Source of the DNA: Kineosporiaceae bacterium
Lineage (GTDB): Bacteria > Actinomycetota > Actinomycetes > Actinomycetales > Kineosporiaceae
Reading direction: 5' to 3'
Assembly (NCBI GenBank): GCA_016713225.1
Contig: JADJPO010000002.1
Coordinates: 107,844-171,843, forward strand
DNA: 64,000 nt
In this document: positions 63,130 through 64,000 of the stretch, in pieces
How positions within the stretch are numbered: the stretch's first letter is position 1
Layout: every line of letters begins with the position of its first letter
The notes under the pieces: model-generated
What the model was told of the DNA's origin: nothing
The model's input: only the letters and a program-made list of their open reading frames with translations
Databases searched by the model: none
Translations under genes and position numbers: made by a program

Positions 63130-64000
63130 ATGAAGCTGACCGTCACTGCCCGGCTGGTGGCCACGACAACGGTGTCAGTGGTCGCCGTGCTCGGCCTGGG
63201 GGGGATCGCCCTGGCCAACGCCGTCACAGAGCGGGCCGCCGCGACAACGATGGCAGACACCTCGACGGCCCTGTCGCACACCTGGAACGCCGACATGATG
63301 CACGACGGCATCAAGGCCGACGTGCTGGGTGCGCTCTACGCCACCACACCGCAGCTGCGCGAGCAGCTCGACGCCGAGCGGGTGACGCAGGACGCGGCCA
63401 CCATGCTCGAGCAGATCGACGCGGCGGCCAAGGTCGCCCCGGCCGCGATAGTGCCGCAGTTCGAGGCCATGCGGCCCACGATCGAGAAGTACGGCCAGTC
63501 GGGCATCGCCATCGTGGCCCGAGCCGAGAAGGACAGGGCCGGCGCGGCGACCGACCTACCGGCCTTCCTGGAGCTGTTCGACCAGCTGGAGGAGAAGCTG
63601 GGTGCGGCGGACGAGGCCATGGTCGACAGTGTGGCCGCCGCCGAGAAGTCCATGCGGAGCACCGCTGACCGGGTGATCACGGTCATCGCCGTGGTCGGCA
63701 TCGTCGCGGCCCTCCTGGTGGCCATCAGCAGCACGCTGGTGCTGGTCTCGGTGCGCCGGGGCATGCTCGCGGTCATCAATCGGTTGCGTGAGATCGCCGA
63801 GGGAGACGGCGACCTGACGGCCCGCCTCGAGGTGCGCGGCGAGGACGAGATGTCCCGGATCGCACAGTTGTTCAACACCTTCGTCGAGCAGATCGCCGGC
63901 ATGGTGCGGCGGGTCACCGACTCCGCGGCCACCCTGGCCGCCGCGGCCGAGGAACTGGCTGCGACGTCGTCCGTGGTCGCCGATGTGGCCGACCGGACGG
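63130..64000 (+). CDS. Methyl-accepting chemotaxis protein-like sensor (5' part, runs off the window)
   Basis: ATG 63130 follows GAGGAAA, and I translated an open frame to the window end. It has TM1 (LVATTTVSVVAVLGLGGIAL), a periplasmic helical region, TM2, HAMP (LREIAEGDGDLTARLEV..EMSRIAQLFNTFVEQI) and the start of the signalling domain (AAAAEELAATSS). It is absent from the ORF track because it has no stop in the window. Confidence 0.8.
   Translation, partial: MKLTVTARLVATTTVSVVAVLGLGGIALANAVTERAAATTMADTSTALSHTWNADMMHDGIKADVLGALYATTPQLREQLDAERVTQDAATMLEQIDAAAKVAPAAIVPQFEAMRPTIEKYGQSGIAIVARAEKDRAGAATDLPAFLELFDQLEEKLGAADEAMVDSVAAAEKSMRSTADRVITVIAVVGIVAALLVAISSTLVLVSVRRGMLAVINRLREIAEGDGDLTARLEVRGEDEMSRIAQLFNTFVEQIAGMVRRVTDSAATLAAAAEELAATSSVVADVADRT

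Overview
This is a high-GC (about 70% by eye) actinobacterial chromosome segment with a core / accessory / core layout.

**1-22.2 kb (core metabolism).** It holds a VanAB-like two-component oxygenase whose Rieske and iron ligands are degenerate, and an APC permease. A homoprotocatechuate-type meta-cleavage set follows: HpaE-like aldehyde dehydrogenase, HpaD-like LigB dioxygenase and an FAH hydrolase. Next come a GNAT::gamma-glutamyl-hydrolase fusion, an AlaA-like aminotransferase, and a MarR / acetoacetate-decarboxylase-like / glutamine-synthetase-like / P450 cluster. The block ends with an LCP protein, tRNA-Ser(GCU), GTP-dependent PEP carboxykinase, a cupin and tRNA-Arg(ACG).

**22.2-44.9 kb (accessory DNA).** Two integrative islands are stacked in tandem at tRNA-Arg and delimited by three copies of the tRNA 3' half.
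- Island A (22.2-41.4 kb) keeps its integrase and excisionase. It also carries a 5'-truncated tyrosine-recombinase gene cut up by IS1634-, IS256- and IS21-family elements, with an ISL3 element nested inside the IS21. Further cargo is an IS1380 fragment, a low-GC module and an AbiE-like toxin-antitoxin pair.
- The low-GC module is a Dam-class methyltransferase plus a large REase-like/DGQHR/HEPN protein.
- Island B (41.3-44.9 kb) is a derivative that has lost its integrase. It carries a CPBP protease, an intact second AbiEi copy and a gutted AbiEii copy.

**44.9-64 kb (core again).** It holds a P-loop kinase, small stress proteins (DUF3040, CsbD), furA-katG, a MASE1-GGDEF cyclase, an ECF sigma factor, a homocysteine methyltransferase and a TPP enzyme. 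A four-gene conservon (histidine-kinase-like, roadblock, DUF742, GTPase) follows with an extra upstream membrane gene. The window ends with a TspO-like protein and the 5' part of an MCP-like gene.

**Best candidate for a new system.** The Dam + REase-like/DGQHR/Swt1-HEPN pair at 35.4-38.6 kb is the strongest lead.

**Other leads.**
- A 24-bp palindromic motif is shared by two separate catabolic clusters.
- Several regulatory-looking repeat sets occur in intergenic regions.
- An IS1634-type insertion has a 134-bp target duplication.
- Four gene disruptions would each be repaired by adding one base, the clearest two in G/C homopolymers. They may therefore be assembly artefacts.

All calls come from reading the sequence and the ORF track; no searches were run.
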